64,000 nucleotides of DNA from a bacterium (GTDB lineage Bacteria > Patescibacteriota > Patescibacteriia > Patescibacteriales > UBA12465). Location: positions 63,347 through 127,346 of the forward strand of contig DAOMZR010000001.1 in the NCBI GenBank assembly GCA_035400585.1, given 5' to 3'. The stretch's first letter is position 1; each line of letters starts with the position of its first letter. The notes below the pieces were generated by a model. It saw only the letters and a program-made list of their open reading frames with translations. It was not told the DNA's origin and ran no database searches. Below, piece after piece: positions 17,818 through 27,335 of this stretch. The position numbers and the translations under genes are program-made.

Positions 17818-19174
17818 GAGCAGTTTTAATTGTTTTTAAAATTATACCTAAATCCAAATAAATCGATCTATTCTTAATGTAAAATAAATCATATTGTAAT
17901 TTTTTGTAAGTATCTTCAATGGAGGGGGAGTGATATTCTCCTGAAATTTGATCCCAGCCAGTTATTCCCGGCTTAACTAAGCTTCTGATGTTGTAAAAAG
18001 GGATATTATTGGATAGTTCTTTTATTAATTCTGGTCTTTCTGGTCGAGGACCAACAAAACTCATATCTCCTTTTAAAACATTAAACAGTTGTGGAATTTC
18101 ATCCAAACGACTTTTTCTAAAGAATTTACCAATCTTAGTTATTCGAGGATCATTTTTTTCGGTCGGAGCTTGATTATTATTATTGATTCTCATTGTTCTA
18201 AATTTATAGAAATTAAATTCTTTGTTGTTCTTGCCTAACCTTGTTTGTTTGAAAATAACTGGTCCGGGACTAGTAAGTTTTATTAAGATTACTATTAGAA
18301 CACAAAAGGGAAGTGATAGAATTATGAAAATAGAAGATAAACAAATATCAAAAACCCTTTTTATTCTTTCAAAGTTTTTCTTCTCAGCTAAATTTAGATT
18401 TTCCAAAAACCAAGCTTTATTTAATATCTCTAAAGGAATCTGTCCGCTTATTTCTTCGTAGAAATTTATGAGGTTGTAATAATTTATTCCACTTGGCAAT
18501 AAATTAAATAATGTTTTTTGCAAGTCTTTCATTTCGGTAATATCTTTTTCCAAAATTAGACTGTCTATTTTATAATCTTTAATGGCTCGTGATAATTGGT
18601 TAACATCCTCAATAATGGTTAGTCCATACATTTCGGCTATATCAATTAAAACATTGTTTTTGTTGGTTAATATAAATTTGACATTAAAGCCTAATTGAGG
18701 ATTCTTTTTAATGGCTGTGATTGTTTTTCTAATTATTTCATTATAACCAATAATAGCGATATTAGAATAAGACAAATACTTCCTGTTGATTGACAAGAAA
18801 AATATTCTCCATAACAAAAATAAAACCAAAAAGAAACCCGAAAAGATAATTAAATTAGTTTTAGGAGTAATTTGAGCGTAGGGAACTAAATAAAAAATTA
18901 TCATGGAAACAAAAAAGGAGGCCAAGACACTTTTTATAGTTTTCTCAACCAGCTTGTTTTGGTTGATAATTTTCTTAAAATCATATAAGCTATTGATATA
19001 TAGTATCGTTAACCAGATTAAGAAAATCGGGGCAAATATTTGAAAATGTTGTTTTTCTAAAACAGGGTTTATTTTGTTGGCGTATCTTAGTATCAGGGTT
19101 GTTTTTAGAGAAATAATCAATATCAGCAAATCAACCGATAATAGAACTAGCTGTTTTAATCTTTTATGATTCAT
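17798..19174 (-). CDS. Initiating polyprenyl-phosphate glycosylphosphotransferase (bacterial sugar transferase, WbaP-like)
   Basis: N-terminal TM bundle, then a C-terminal catalytic domain with FKQTRLGKNNKEFNFYKFRTM, DPRITKIGKFFRKSRLDEIPQLFNVLKGDMSFVGPRPERP. Confidence 0.9.
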   Translation of the reverse strand: MNHKRLKQLVLLSVDLLILIISLKTTLILRYANKINPVLEKQHFQIFAPIFLIWLTILYINSLYDFKKIINQNKLVEKTIKSVLASFFVSMIIFYLVPYAQITPKTNLIIFSGFFLVLFLLWRIFFLSINRKYLSYSNIAIIGYNEIIRKTITAIKKNPQLGFNVKFILTNKNNVLIDIAEMYGLTIIEDVNQLSRAIKDYKIDSLILEKDITEMKDLQKTLFNLLPSGINYYNLINFYEEISGQIPLEILNKAWFLENLNLAEKKNFERIKRVFDICLSSIFIILSLPFCVLIVILIKLTSPGPVIFKQTRLGKNNKEFNFYKFRTMRINNNNQAPTEKNDPRITKIGKFFRKSRLDEIPQLFNVLKGDMSFVGPRPERPELIKELSNNIPFYNIRSLVKPGITGWDQISGEYHSPSIEDTYKKLQYDLFYIKNRSIYLDLGIILKTIKTALGQEGR

Positions 19175-19247
19175 AATTTTAAAAGATTTTTTATTTTTAT
19201 TAAGTATATTATAGCAATAATTAGTCTAATAAATCAAATACAAAAAT

Positions 19248-21551
19248 ATGTCAGAGAAGAATTATGTTTGGCTTTTAAAAATTGGAGTTTTTTCCTCTTT
19301 ATTAACTCTTTTTTTCGCTTTTTCAGGATTACTTTTTCCTTTTGTAACCTCTAAGCAACTAATCTTTAATATTTTATTAGAAGTCCTATTAGTTTTTTGG
19401 CTGGTTTTTGTTTTAAAATATCCAGCTTATAGACCAAAAAAATCTTATATTACTTTTGGCTTGTTAGGATATTTTATAGCCATCTTGCTTTCAATGTTTG
19501 TTAGTGTCGATTTTAATCTTAGTTTTTGGGGCGACCTGGAAAGGCTTCTAGGTTTTTTTCATCTTTTACATTTCTTAGGCTTATATCTGGTAACAATTAC
19601 TGTTTTTAAAACTAAAGAAGATTATTATTGGCTATTTAATGCCATGCTACTTGCTTGTTTAATCGTATCTTTGGTTATGATTGGCTCTTCAGCTCAAAAA
19701 TACTCTCAAAGCCTTTTGGGCAACAGAGCTTATTTTGCTGCTTTCATGTTGTTTGCCATTTTTTTGGATATATTAATGTTTTCTAAATCTAAAAATTGGT
19801 GGATAAAGTCGGCCTATTTAGTTTCTTTGTTTTTATTTCTTTATGGTCTTATTAAATCTGATATTTCCGGTTCTCACGCTGGTCTAGTTGTCGGTCTTTT
19901 TTTCTCCCTTTTGATTTTTGTTGCTTTTTCTAAAAACAAGAAAGTGCGATATGGTGGAATTTCTTCTCTGGTTGTTTTCATAGTTTTAATATCAACTTTG
20001 TTTTATTTTAAATCCAGTCCAGTTTTTGATAATAATTATTTAGGTCGAGCTTTAAGAAGTTTTTCTTGGGAAAATACAACCCTTAAAACCCGCTTGATTT
20101 CTTGGAAGGCAGCCGGTAATTATTTGACTAACCATCCTCTTAATCTTGTTTTCGGCGTCGGTTTAGGTAATTATGCTTTGGTTTTTGATAAATATTTTGA
20201 TGCTAAATTTTACGATTATGATCGTCATGCCACTTATTTTGACAGAGCTCACAATAATTTAGTTGATATTACGGCGACCACCGGTGTTATTGGTTTGATA
20301 AGTTATTTATCATTTATTTTCTTGTTATTTTACTTTTTACTTAAATCTTATTTAACTTACAGAAAAAATAATGATAATCCTAACGCTTTAAATCTTTGGG
20401 AGTTCTCAGCTTTAAGTGGTTTACTGGTGGCTTATTTTGTTCAAAACTTGGCGGTTTTTGATTCTTTTTCAACCTATATGTACTTGATGTTTTTTGCTGC
20501 CTACGTTTCTTTTTTGGAATTATCAAATAGGCCAAAAACAGAGCCAATTAAAAAAGAAGGAGTTAAAATAAAAGATGGGGTTTTGTACTTATTTTTTGGG
20601 GCAATCTTTTTAATCCTTATTTTTAATATTAATGTTCGAGCTATAAAAGTGGCTAAAACCACAATTGATGGCTACATATCTTTGGGTCGTGGGGAAGTAA
20701 TGGAAAGCTATAACAATTTTAAGAAAGCCTTTGAGTCTAATTCTGTTTTAGTAAGAGATAGTCATGAATCTTTTATCACTTTAATGACTACTAATTTTGA
20801 TTCAATGTTTGATAAGGTTTCTACGGATGATTTGGAGAAAATTGTTCTTTTAGGAATTTATGCCGCTGATTCTAATTTAAGTTATAATGTTAATGACAGT
20901 TTGATGCTTTTTAGAGCGGCTAAAATTTATGAAATGGCTGGTCGTTTTTATGCTAAAAAGGGCGACAATGAAAAAGCTTCACAATATAATTCTATTGCTT
21001 TAAAAATGATTGATTTATCAATTGATTCTAGCCCGCAAAGAGTGCCTTTGTACTCTTTTAAATCCAGTATTCTTTTAAATTTCGGCAAAGATCAAGAGGC
21101 GGTTGATACTTTAAATTATGCCAAAAATATAAATCAAAAAATGCCTGATGCTTTCTGTCAGGTGGCTAATTTATATTTTTTAAATAATGATTTTGATAAT
21201 TTTTTAATAGATTTTGAATCTTGTGTTAATAATCGGGGATTAGATTTGATGAATTTTGATTCTTTTATATCAAGTTTTGAGGAGAAATTATTGGAAGAAA
21301 AAAAATTCGATAGTATTGTTAAAATGTATGATATTGTTTTGAAAAAATATCCAGATAGTATTGATTGGTTGTCTCGCGGTGGTTTGGCTTATTATTTAGC
21401 TGGTGATTTTTCTAAAGCAAGAGATTGTGCCCACAGAATATTAGAGCTAGATGGATCTTATAAAGAGGATGTTGAAATTTTTTTAGAACAACTTGATGTT
21501 GAGGAAAAAGAAAAAAATCAAGAATCAAATATATCAGAAAACAATAATTAA
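19248..21551 (+). CDS. Wzy_C / O-antigen-ligase-like polytopic membrane protein with a C-terminal TPR domain
   Basis: About 12 TM helices. The loop motif is RLISWKAAGNYLTNHP...VFGVGLGNY...FDRAHNNLVDITATTGVIG, which includes the conserved Arg and the AHN His of WaaL/PglL/Wzy_C proteins. TPR-like repeats occupy the last 300 aa or so. Confidence 0.75.
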   Translation: MSEKNYVWLLKIGVFSSLLTLFFAFSGLLFPFVTSKQLIFNILLEVLLVFWLVFVLKYPAYRPKKSYITFGLLGYFIAILLSMFVSVDFNLSFWGDLERLLGFFHLLHFLGLYLVTITVFKTKEDYYWLFNAMLLACLIVSLVMIGSSAQKYSQSLLGNRAYFAAFMLFAIFLDILMFSKSKNWWIKSAYLVSLFLFLYGLIKSDISGSHAGLVVGLFFSLLIFVAFSKNKKVRYGGISSLVVFIVLISTLFYFKSSPVFDNNYLGRALRSFSWENTTLKTRLISWKAAGNYLTNHPLNLVFGVGLGNYALVFDKYFDAKFYDYDRHATYFDRAHNNLVDITATTGVIGLISYLSFIFLLFYFLLKSYLTYRKNNDNPNALNLWEFSALSGLLVAYFVQNLAVFDSFSTYMYLMFFAAYVSFLELSNRPKTEPIKKEGVKIKDGVLYLFFGAIFLILIFNINVRAIKVAKTTIDGYISLGRGEVMESYNNFKKAFESNSVLVRDSHESFITLMTTNFDSMFDKVSTDDLEKIVLLGIYAADSNLSYNVNDSLMLFRAAKIYEMAGRFYAKKGDNEKASQYNSIALKMIDLSIDSSPQRVPLYSFKSSILLNFGKDQEAVDTLNYAKNINQKMPDAFCQVANLYFLNNDFDNFLIDFESCVNNRGLDLMNFDSFISSFEEKLLEEKKFDSIVKMYDIVLKKYPDSIDWLSRGGLAYYLAGDFSKARDCAHRILELDGSYKEDVEIFLEQLDVEEKEKNQESNISENNN

Positions 21552-21556
21552 TTTTG

Positions 21557-21585
21557 TTGTTTTTTTTGTTAATATTTGCTATAAT
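21557..21585 (+). promoter_or_regulatory. Candidate sigma70-type promoter for pilin gene 21635 (TTGTTT, 17-nt spacer ending in TGc, TATAAT)
   Basis: An extended -10 TGcTATAAT lies at 21577-21585, with TTGTTT 17 nt upstream. AT-rich background limits confidence. Confidence 0.4.
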
Positions 21586-21634
21586 AGCTCTAATAACGTT
21601 TATTATAAAATTTAAATATAATTAAAATCGTTTT

Positions 21635-23794
21635 ATGATTTCCAACGCAAAAAAAAGAGGGTTCACCCTCATCGAACTTCTGGTAGTAATAGCCATTATT
21701 GGCATATTAGCTACTTTAGCGGTAGTAGCTCTACAACAAGCTAGAAGTAGGGCCAGGGATTCCAAGAGAATGGCTGACATGAAACAGCTTCAAACAGCCA
21801 TGGAATTGTTTTTTAGTGAAAATGGTCGTTATCCAACCACTGAAGAATGGAATAGTGGTGCTATAATTTCTTCTTCTAGTGGAGAAACGTTTATGTATTC
21901 TATTCCAACTGCTCCATCTCCAGCTGATGGAGATTGTACTATGGCTTCAAATTCTTATACTTATATTCCTCAAAACAATGGAGCTAGTTATACTATTGAT
22001 TTTTGTATTGGTAAACAGGTATCTGATTTGAATGCTGGCTACAAACAACTTGTCCCTGGTGGAATAATTGATTTTAGTGGTAGTGACCCAGTTGACAGTG
22101 GTGGTGATTCAACTGCCAATTCTTCAGAAAGGTTTTTGGTTGTGAATTCATCAATTCCTGGTGGTGTTAGAGGTTTGCTTGAATCTTCTGATGGTGGTTA
22201 TGTGTTTGGATCATTTACACCAACAAATGGTTATGATGCTATTTTAGCTAAAACAGATTCTTCTGGTAATGAAATTTGGAGAAAAACTTTTGGAGATTCA
22301 AGTGAACAAGCAGTTAGTTTTGTTATGGAGGCATCAGATGGTGGTTATGTTTTGCTTGGATATACAAGAACTTACGGAACACCTGATTATTATCTTGTTA
22401 AAACAGACAGCTCTGGTAATGAGCTTTGGACAGAGGTCTTTGATGCTGGATTAAGGGAATATCCTAGTTTTATAATAGAAACTTCAGATAATGGTTTTCT
22501 TATTTCTGGATCAACTGATTATGGCACCAAAGGTTCTTATATAGTTAAAACAGATTCTTCTGGCAACGAATCTTGGAATACAATATTAAGCGATGGATAT
22601 GTTTCATCTATAGAGCAAGTTAGTGATGGATATTTGCTTTTTATGACAACCCCATATGTTTATGGTGTTGATCCTAGTTATTTTGTAAAAAAAATAAATT
22701 TTTCTGGAACCGAAGAATGGACAGAGCAAGTTTTTACTTCTTATTCATCAGCCGGAGGATTTAGAGGTTTCTTATTGCCAGATGGAGGATATATTTTTGT
22801 TATAGTAACAGATTCTCTTGAAATTCGTTTATCTAAATTTGATTCTAATTTTTCAGAACAATGGAGCAAATACTACAGTGGTTTAAGTTCTTCTAACTTA
22901 GATATTTCTTCTTTATTAAGTGATAGTGATGGTGGCTATGTTATAACGGGAAGTGTTTCTGGAATGGATTTTGCTGATATTTATTTGATTAAAACTGATA
23001 GTGCTGGTAATGAGTTGTGGAGAAAGAAATATATGGGATTTAATATGGAAAGTACTTATCCCAATTCAAGTATAGTAGCTTCCAATGGTGGGTACTTGCT
23101 TGGTGGCACAGTTTGTGACCCTTCTTATTCTAACTGTTCAACTTTATTAATAAAAACAGAATCCGACGGAACATATAATTGCGTTGATTCAGAATGGGTT
23201 CCAGATGAGAGTACTTATTCTGGGATACAAACACAGACTAGTGATTGTGGCAATACCAGAGATTATGCTGGAACCTGTGTGCCAGATTGTTCTGGAAAGA
23301 ACTGTGGTGAGGATGGATGCGGTGGTTCCTGTGGAACTTGCACTTATCCAGATGTTTGTACGGATGGTGTATGTACTTATGTTTGTTTTTTGTCTGGTAC
23401 AAAAATATCTATGGCTGACGGCAGCTTGAAAAACATTGAAGAAGTTAAGATCGGTGACATGGTTAGAAGTTATGATTTTGTTTCTAAAAAAATTGTTCCA
23501 GCTGAGGTGTCAGATTTAATATATCATGAAGCCGAGAAGGTTGACTCTTATTTAATTATAAATAATTTCTTAAAAGTTACACCTAATCATGAAATACTTA
23601 TAAATGGTTACTGGCAAGAGATAGGTGATGCTCAAATCGGAAGCGTTTTACAATCAGAATCGGGAAAACCAGTATTTATAAATTCTATTGAAAAGATTGA
23701 AGATCATGTACCTACCTATAATATAGAAGTGAAAGATTATCACAATTATTATGCCGATCATATATTAGTTCATAATATTCCCGGCGGTTGTTAA
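21635..23794 (+). CDS. Type IV pilin-like module + 7-blade beta-propeller + Cys-rich region + C-terminal Hint (intein-like) domain
   Basis: Leader MISNAKKRG then [17 protein letters not shown]. Seven repeats have the form DGGYV..G......[13 protein letters not shown]. The Cys-rich stretch is [36 protein letters not shown]. The Hint domain runs from [14 protein letters not shown] to ILVHN. Confidence 0.85.
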   Translation: MISNAKKRGFTLIELLVVIAIIGILATLAVVALQQARSRARDSKRMADMKQLQTAMELFFSENGRYPTTEEWNSGAIISSSSGETFMYSIPTAPSPADGDCTMASNSYTYIPQNNGASYTIDFCIGKQVSDLNAGYKQLVPGGIIDFSGSDPVDSGGDSTANSSERFLVVNSSIPGGVRGLLESSDGGYVFGSFTPTNGYDAILAKTDSSGNEIWRKTFGDSSEQAVSFVMEASDGGYVLLGYTRTYGTPDYYLVKTDSSGNELWTEVFDAGLREYPSFIIETSDNGFLISGSTDYGTKGSYIVKTDSSGNESWNTILSDGYVSSIEQVSDGYLLFMTTPYVYGVDPSYFVKKINFSGTEEWTEQVFTSYSSAGGFRGFLLPDGGYIFVIVTDSLEIRLSKFDSNFSEQWSKYYSGLSSSNLDISSLLSDSDGGYVITGSVSGMDFADIYLIKTDSAGNELWRKKYMGFNMESTYPNSSIVASNGGYLLGGTVCDPSYSNCSTLLIKTESDGTYNCVDSEWVPDESTYSGIQTQTSDCGNTRDYAGTCVPDCSGKNCGEDGCGGSCGTCTYPDVCTDGVCTYVCFLSGTKISMADGSLKNIEEVKIGDMVRSYDFVSKKIVPAEVSDLIYHEAEKVDSYLIINNFLKVTPNHEILINGYWQEIGDAQIGSVLQSESGKPVFINSIEKIEDHVPTYNIEVKDYHNYYADHILVHNIPGGC
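23384..23776 (+). other. Hint / bacterial intein-like domain (aa 584-714 of the 21635 ORF)
   Basis: Block A is [14 protein letters not shown] (Cys1). Block B is VTPNHEIL (TxxH). Blocks F/G are [21 protein letters not shown]. The residue after HN is Ile, and only IPGGC follows before the stop. Confidence 0.8.
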
Positions 23795-23806
23795 AATCTA
23801 TAAAAA

Positions 23807-23838
23807 AGAGGGTTGTTTTTAGGGCAACTCTCTTTTTG
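23807..23838 (+). terminator. Rho-independent terminator after the pilin-Hint gene
   Basis: AGAGGGTTG / CAACTCTCT form a 9-bp stem with one G-T pair, followed by a TTTTTGATTT run. Confidence 0.7.
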
Positions 23839-23846
23839 ATTTCTTA

Positions 23847-23875
23847 TTGACTTTTTTATATATTTATGATATAAA
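23847..23875 (+). promoter_or_regulatory. Candidate promoter for 23926 (TTGACT, 17-nt spacer ending in TGa, TATAAA)
   Basis: TTGACT at 23847-23852, a 17-nt spacer ending in TGa, and TATAAA at 23870-23875. Confidence 0.5.
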
Positions 23876-23925
23876 GGAGGGTTAAATTTTATTTTTTTTG
23901 CACGTTAAAATTAAAAGGAGAAAAC

Positions 23926-24636
23926 ATGAAAAGAATCTGCTCTTTGTGGAAAAAATATTTTAATTTATTTTTAGAATTTTTTTCCTATGTAGGCGATCAG
24001 GAAAAAAAGATGGGAAAAACTTTTGATTGGCAAATGTCAGAACTCGAAAAGAAGGGAATTCCAGCTGTTATTTTAGAAAAGTTGAAGAAAAAAAAGAGAA
24101 GCGTAGTTTTTTACGCTTGTCATCAGGTTTATTATCCCAATTATTTTGAGATGATTGATTTTTTTCCAGTGATTCCTTTCTCGGTTTTAAAAGAAAAATT
24201 TGATTTTCCGTTATTTAGTATTAATCAAGAAGATGGCTGTTTAATGAATATTTGTGAGTCAATTGATACTGATAAAATTTATAATAATTCTGGACCAGAA
24301 ACGAATGAACCTTATTTCGTTTTTGGTGCTGAAAGTGGTCTTAATGAGAACTCTATTTCTGGCGTTTCACCACGAAGCGCTTTGCGCATTTTTGAAAAGG
24401 TTCAAATTAAACCAATGAATTTAACGGAAGCACTTTCTTTTTTGATGCTGTACGGAAATCTTTACAACGGTAATGGAGAAAAAATTTCAGTTCTTGATTC
24501 TCGTTATCGAAAAGATTCTTTTGTGCCTGAATTTTCCAGAAGTCGAAAAGGGTTTAAACTTTTAGATGATTTATTAGATAGTAACGACAGAAAAAAAGTT
24601 TATCCCGCAATACTTCAAAGACATTTTTATTCTTGA
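23926..24636 (+). CDS. Hypothetical cytoplasmic protein, no recognisable family
   Basis: 236-aa ORF with the only clear Shine-Dalgarno in the window (AAAAGGAGAAAACATG). It has its own promoter-like element and a downstream terminator. Confidence 0.6.
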   Translation: MKRICSLWKKYFNLFLEFFSYVGDQEKKMGKTFDWQMSELEKKGIPAVILEKLKKKKRSVVFYACHQVYYPNYFEMIDFFPVIPFSVLKEKFDFPLFSINQEDGCLMNICESIDTDKIYNNSGPETNEPYFVFGAESGLNENSISGVSPRSALRIFEKVQIKPMNLTEALSFLMLYGNLYNGNGEKISVLDSRYRKDSFVPEFSRSRKGFKLLDDLLDSNDRKKVYPAILQRHFYS

Positions 24637-24653
24637 ATAGTTTAAGACTGTTC

Positions 24654-24683
24654 AAAAAAGCGATCTGTTAGATCGCTTTTTTT
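24654..24683. terminator. Bidirectional hairpin terminator between convergent genes
   Basis: AAAAAAGCGATC / GATCGCTTTTTT form a 12-bp stem with loop TGTTA. A-runs and T-runs flank it on both sides. Confidence 0.75.
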
Positions 24684-25822
24684 ATTTCTTCCAATATTTT
24701 TTCGGCATATTTCTCTTCGCCTATTTGCGGAAGCTCGGCCCCGATATATTTGGAGAAGTTAGAGCAAAAATAATCTATTTTATTAATTAAATCGTGAGAG
24801 TTTTTAGCTTCAAATAATATGCCTTTATATTTTTTAATTAATTCGCTTATTCCTCCTAAATCTGAGGCGATTACTGGCAAATTGAAAGCCGAAGCCTCAT
24901 AAATAACAGTGGGGGAGTTTTCATAACAAAGAGAAGGAACTATCAGACAATCATGTTTCAAGAGTTCATTTTTAACTTCTTCTCCATTTTTCTTTCCTAA
25001 AAATATTATATTTTTGTTGTTGTTAGCTAATTCTTGTGCCTCATTCATTAAACTTCCGTCTCCGACAATGGTTAGTTTGATGTTTTCTTTATTTTTAATA
25101 CGATTAAAAGTTTTAATTAAAAAAATAACTCCTTTATGTTCTTCTATTTGACCGACAAAAATAAAGTTATAATTTTGTTTATCTTCGGTAGCTTCTTTTT
25201 TTATTTCAACTTTTTTAAAAGCCAAGGGGTTATCTAATATTAATTTTTTACTTTTTCTAAAAAAGCCTCTTCTTAAATGTTTTTCTAATAACCATTTTGA
25301 GGGAGATACGATCAAATCAGGGGAAGAACTTATTTTTTTATTAAGCATTTGATAAATTCTAGCTGCTAAAGTATCAGCAATTTTTTCTTTGCGATAAAAA
25401 ATTAATCCTGATGGATGAATCAACTGAACGTCGTGCAATATATGAACATGTTTTATCTTCAACTGTCTGATTACAAAAAAACTTAAAAAAGATAAGCCCA
25501 TTAAATTATTGCTGATAATTAAATCTGGTTTTTCTTTTTTCAAAATTCTTCTTAATCTTAAAGCCTTTCTAGTGTTAAAAACATTTTCTATTTGCCAGAA
25601 AAAACGGTAAGTATAACTATAATCTTTTAGATTGTAATATTTAGAGTTTATATAGTATGTTTTTGGTGAAGAATTTTCTTCTTTTTTACTGCTTGGTTTG
25701 GTGGTAACCAAAAAAACCTGGTGGCCCAAAGATTGTAGTTGATTGATTGTTATTTCAGCTACTTTTTCGGCACCACCTTTTTGGTAGGGTTTGTATAAAT
25801 TATTGATTACAGCTACTTTCAT
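24668..25822 (-). CDS. Glycosyltransferase, GT4 family
   Basis: MKVAVINNLYKPYQKGGAEK ... PSLCYENSPTVIYEASAFNLPVIASDLGGISELI. Confidence 0.85.
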   Translation of the reverse strand: MKVAVINNLYKPYQKGGAEKVAEITINQLQSLGHQVFLVTTKPSSKKEENSSPKTYYINSKYYNLKDYSYTYRFFWQIENVFNTRKALRLRRILKKEKPDLIISNNLMGLSFLSFFVIRQLKIKHVHILHDVQLIHPSGLIFYRKEKIADTLAARIYQMLNKKISSSPDLIVSPSKWLLEKHLRRGFFRKSKKLILDNPLAFKKVEIKKEATEDKQNYNFIFVGQIEEHKGVIFLIKTFNRIKNKENIKLTIVGDGSLMNEAQELANNNKNIIFLGKKNGEEVKNELLKHDCLIVPSLCYENSPTVIYEASAFNLPVIASDLGGISELIKKYKGILFEAKNSHDLINKIDYFCSNFSKYIGAELPQIGEEKYAEKILEEIKKAI

Positions 25823-25937
25823 AAGCCTATTTTAACAGAAGCAAGGAATAGCAACAATATTGACATTTATTGATAAATATGATATTATTTTCGGTTGATC
25901 TTTGAAAATAATATTTAATTTAAAAAAAATAAAAATC

Positions 25938-26141
25938 ATGAAAAAACGGATAACTTGTGACAAAAAACAGAGAATTTGTGATATTTTAGATCTAATAAAT
26001 TTTTTTCTTTTACTTTTTTTACTTTTTATTGGAATATTTGCTCTTAGGGGTATGTTTGAAAATATTCGAGCAAACAATCAAAATTTGAGATTTCAGGTTG
26101 AGAATTTAAAATCTCAAAATGAAAGAATTACAAATAATTAA
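25938..26141 (+). CDS. Small bitopic membrane protein with a coiled-coil tail (FtsB/DivIC-like shape, tentative)
   Basis: MKKRIT..., one TM segment (LINFFLLLFLLFIGIFAL), then NNQNLRFQVENLKSQNERI. A strong terminator follows. The start was chosen at the internal Met of track ORF 25902..26141. Confidence 0.35.
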   Translation: MKKRITCDKKQRICDILDLINFFLLLFLLFIGIFALRGMFENIRANNQNLRFQVENLKSQNERITNN

Positions 26142-26180
26142 AAATTTCAATACGGCGAAAAAAAATAATTGATTGAAAAT

Positions 26181-26210
26181 GCTAGCACTAGTTTGCTAGC
26201 TTTTTATTTT
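26181..26210. terminator. Bidirectional hairpin terminator
   Basis: GCTAGCA / TGCTAGC form a perfect 7-bp stem with loop CTAGTT, followed by TTTTTATTTT. Confidence 0.7.
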
Positions 26211-27307
26211 AACAATTCTTTTGTTTTTGAAACAAATACTCCCTTAGAATATTTTTTTTCAGCTAAGATTCTTGCTTCTTGCCCCATCTTATTTCTTGTT
26301 TCGGTGCTTTCTATTATGTAAGTTAATTTGTTTTTTAAATCATTAATGTTTTTTGGTTCTATCTTTAACCCAGATATATTGTTTTCAAAGACATTTCTTA
26401 CTCCTGGTAGGTTAGAAGCAATTACTGGCGTAGCGCAAGCCATAGATTCTATTAATACTATGCCAAAAGCTTCATTGCTGTTAATAGATGGTAACACTAA
26501 AACATCAGCTTTTTGATAGTAATTAATAAGCTCTTCTGTGTCTGGTTTGCCAATAAAATTAATTTCATTTTCTATGTTTAAAGTTTTAACTAGATTTTGA
26601 TAATCTTTTTTTAATTCACCCTCTCCGGCAATTAGCAATTTGGTGTTTTTTAGATTGGCCTGGAAAAAGGCTTGAATTAAAATATCAACCCCTTTAAAAT
26701 AATGAGCCTTGTCTAATCCACCGATAAATAAAATTTCCTTGCTTTCTTTGTTGTTTTTTTTGTTTAAATCGGGGTAAAATTTGTTGGTATCTATAAAAAA
26801 GGGAATCTCTGTAAACTTTCCTGGCCAAAGCGAATAATATTTTTTTATCTGACTATGTTTAACATAATCAAGCGAAGCGCAAACTATTTTGTCAGCCATT
26901 TTGAACAATGATTTTCTGATTAATATTTCTGGCCAAGACGAAACTTTAAAAAATATGTTTTTGTGTCTAACATCCATGTGATAATGGATAATCAGTTTTT
27001 TTTGAGGATTTAATAATTTAAATAGCCAAATTATAAGTGATGTCCCAAAAAATGGGTAGTGAAAATAAATCAAATCAAATTTTTTTAATTCCTTTAATAA
27101 TTGCCACAATATGCCAGCATGTCCAAAGTTCAAAAAAGCTTTTAATCTGATTATTTTTTTTTCCTGTTGCTGGTCTATTTCTTTATTTTTTTTAGTAAAA
27201 ACAAAAGACTCATGTTCTTTTTCAAACACTTCTTGATTTTTATAAGCTGATGTTCCAATTCCACCAGCGTAGGGAGGATAAACGCAGACTACTTGAGCAA
27301 TTTTCAT
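26204..27307 (-). CDS. Glycosyltransferase, GT4 family
   Basis: MKIAQVVCVYPPYAGGIGT ... PSINSNEAFGIVLIESMACATPVIASNLPGVRNVF. Confidence 0.85.
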   Translation of the reverse strand: MKIAQVVCVYPPYAGGIGTSAYKNQEVFEKEHESFVFTKKNKEIDQQQEKKIIRLKAFLNFGHAGILWQLLKELKKFDLIYFHYPFFGTSLIIWLFKLLNPQKKLIIHYHMDVRHKNIFFKVSSWPEILIRKSLFKMADKIVCASLDYVKHSQIKKYYSLWPGKFTEIPFFIDTNKFYPDLNKKNNKESKEILFIGGLDKAHYFKGVDILIQAFFQANLKNTKLLIAGEGELKKDYQNLVKTLNIENEINFIGKPDTEELINYYQKADVLVLPSINSNEAFGIVLIESMACATPVIASNLPGVRNVFENNISGLKIEPKNINDLKNKLTYIIESTETRNKMGQEARILAEKKYSKGVFVSKTKELLK

Positions 27308-27335
27308 ATTATCTTTTTTTTGTTATAGTATTGAT

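Noticed and set aside
19166-19354. 62-aa ORF overlapping the start of the Wzy_C-like gene
   Set aside because: It is out of frame with, and mostly inside, the 767-aa ORF and its upstream region. It has no motif support.
23384-23776. A true (splicing) intein inserted in a host protein
   Set aside because: The domain is at the extreme C-terminus, the +1 residue after HN is Ile, and only five residues follow. There is no C-extein to ligate. It is better described as a Hint/BIL-type autoprocessing domain.
25832-26077. 81-aa minus-strand ORF in the gap between two GT4 genes
   Set aside because: It overlaps the plus-strand small TM/coiled-coil ORF, which is followed by a matching terminator. The minus ORF is low-complexity with no start context. 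Neither is strongly supported, so only the plus ORF is listed, at low confidence.
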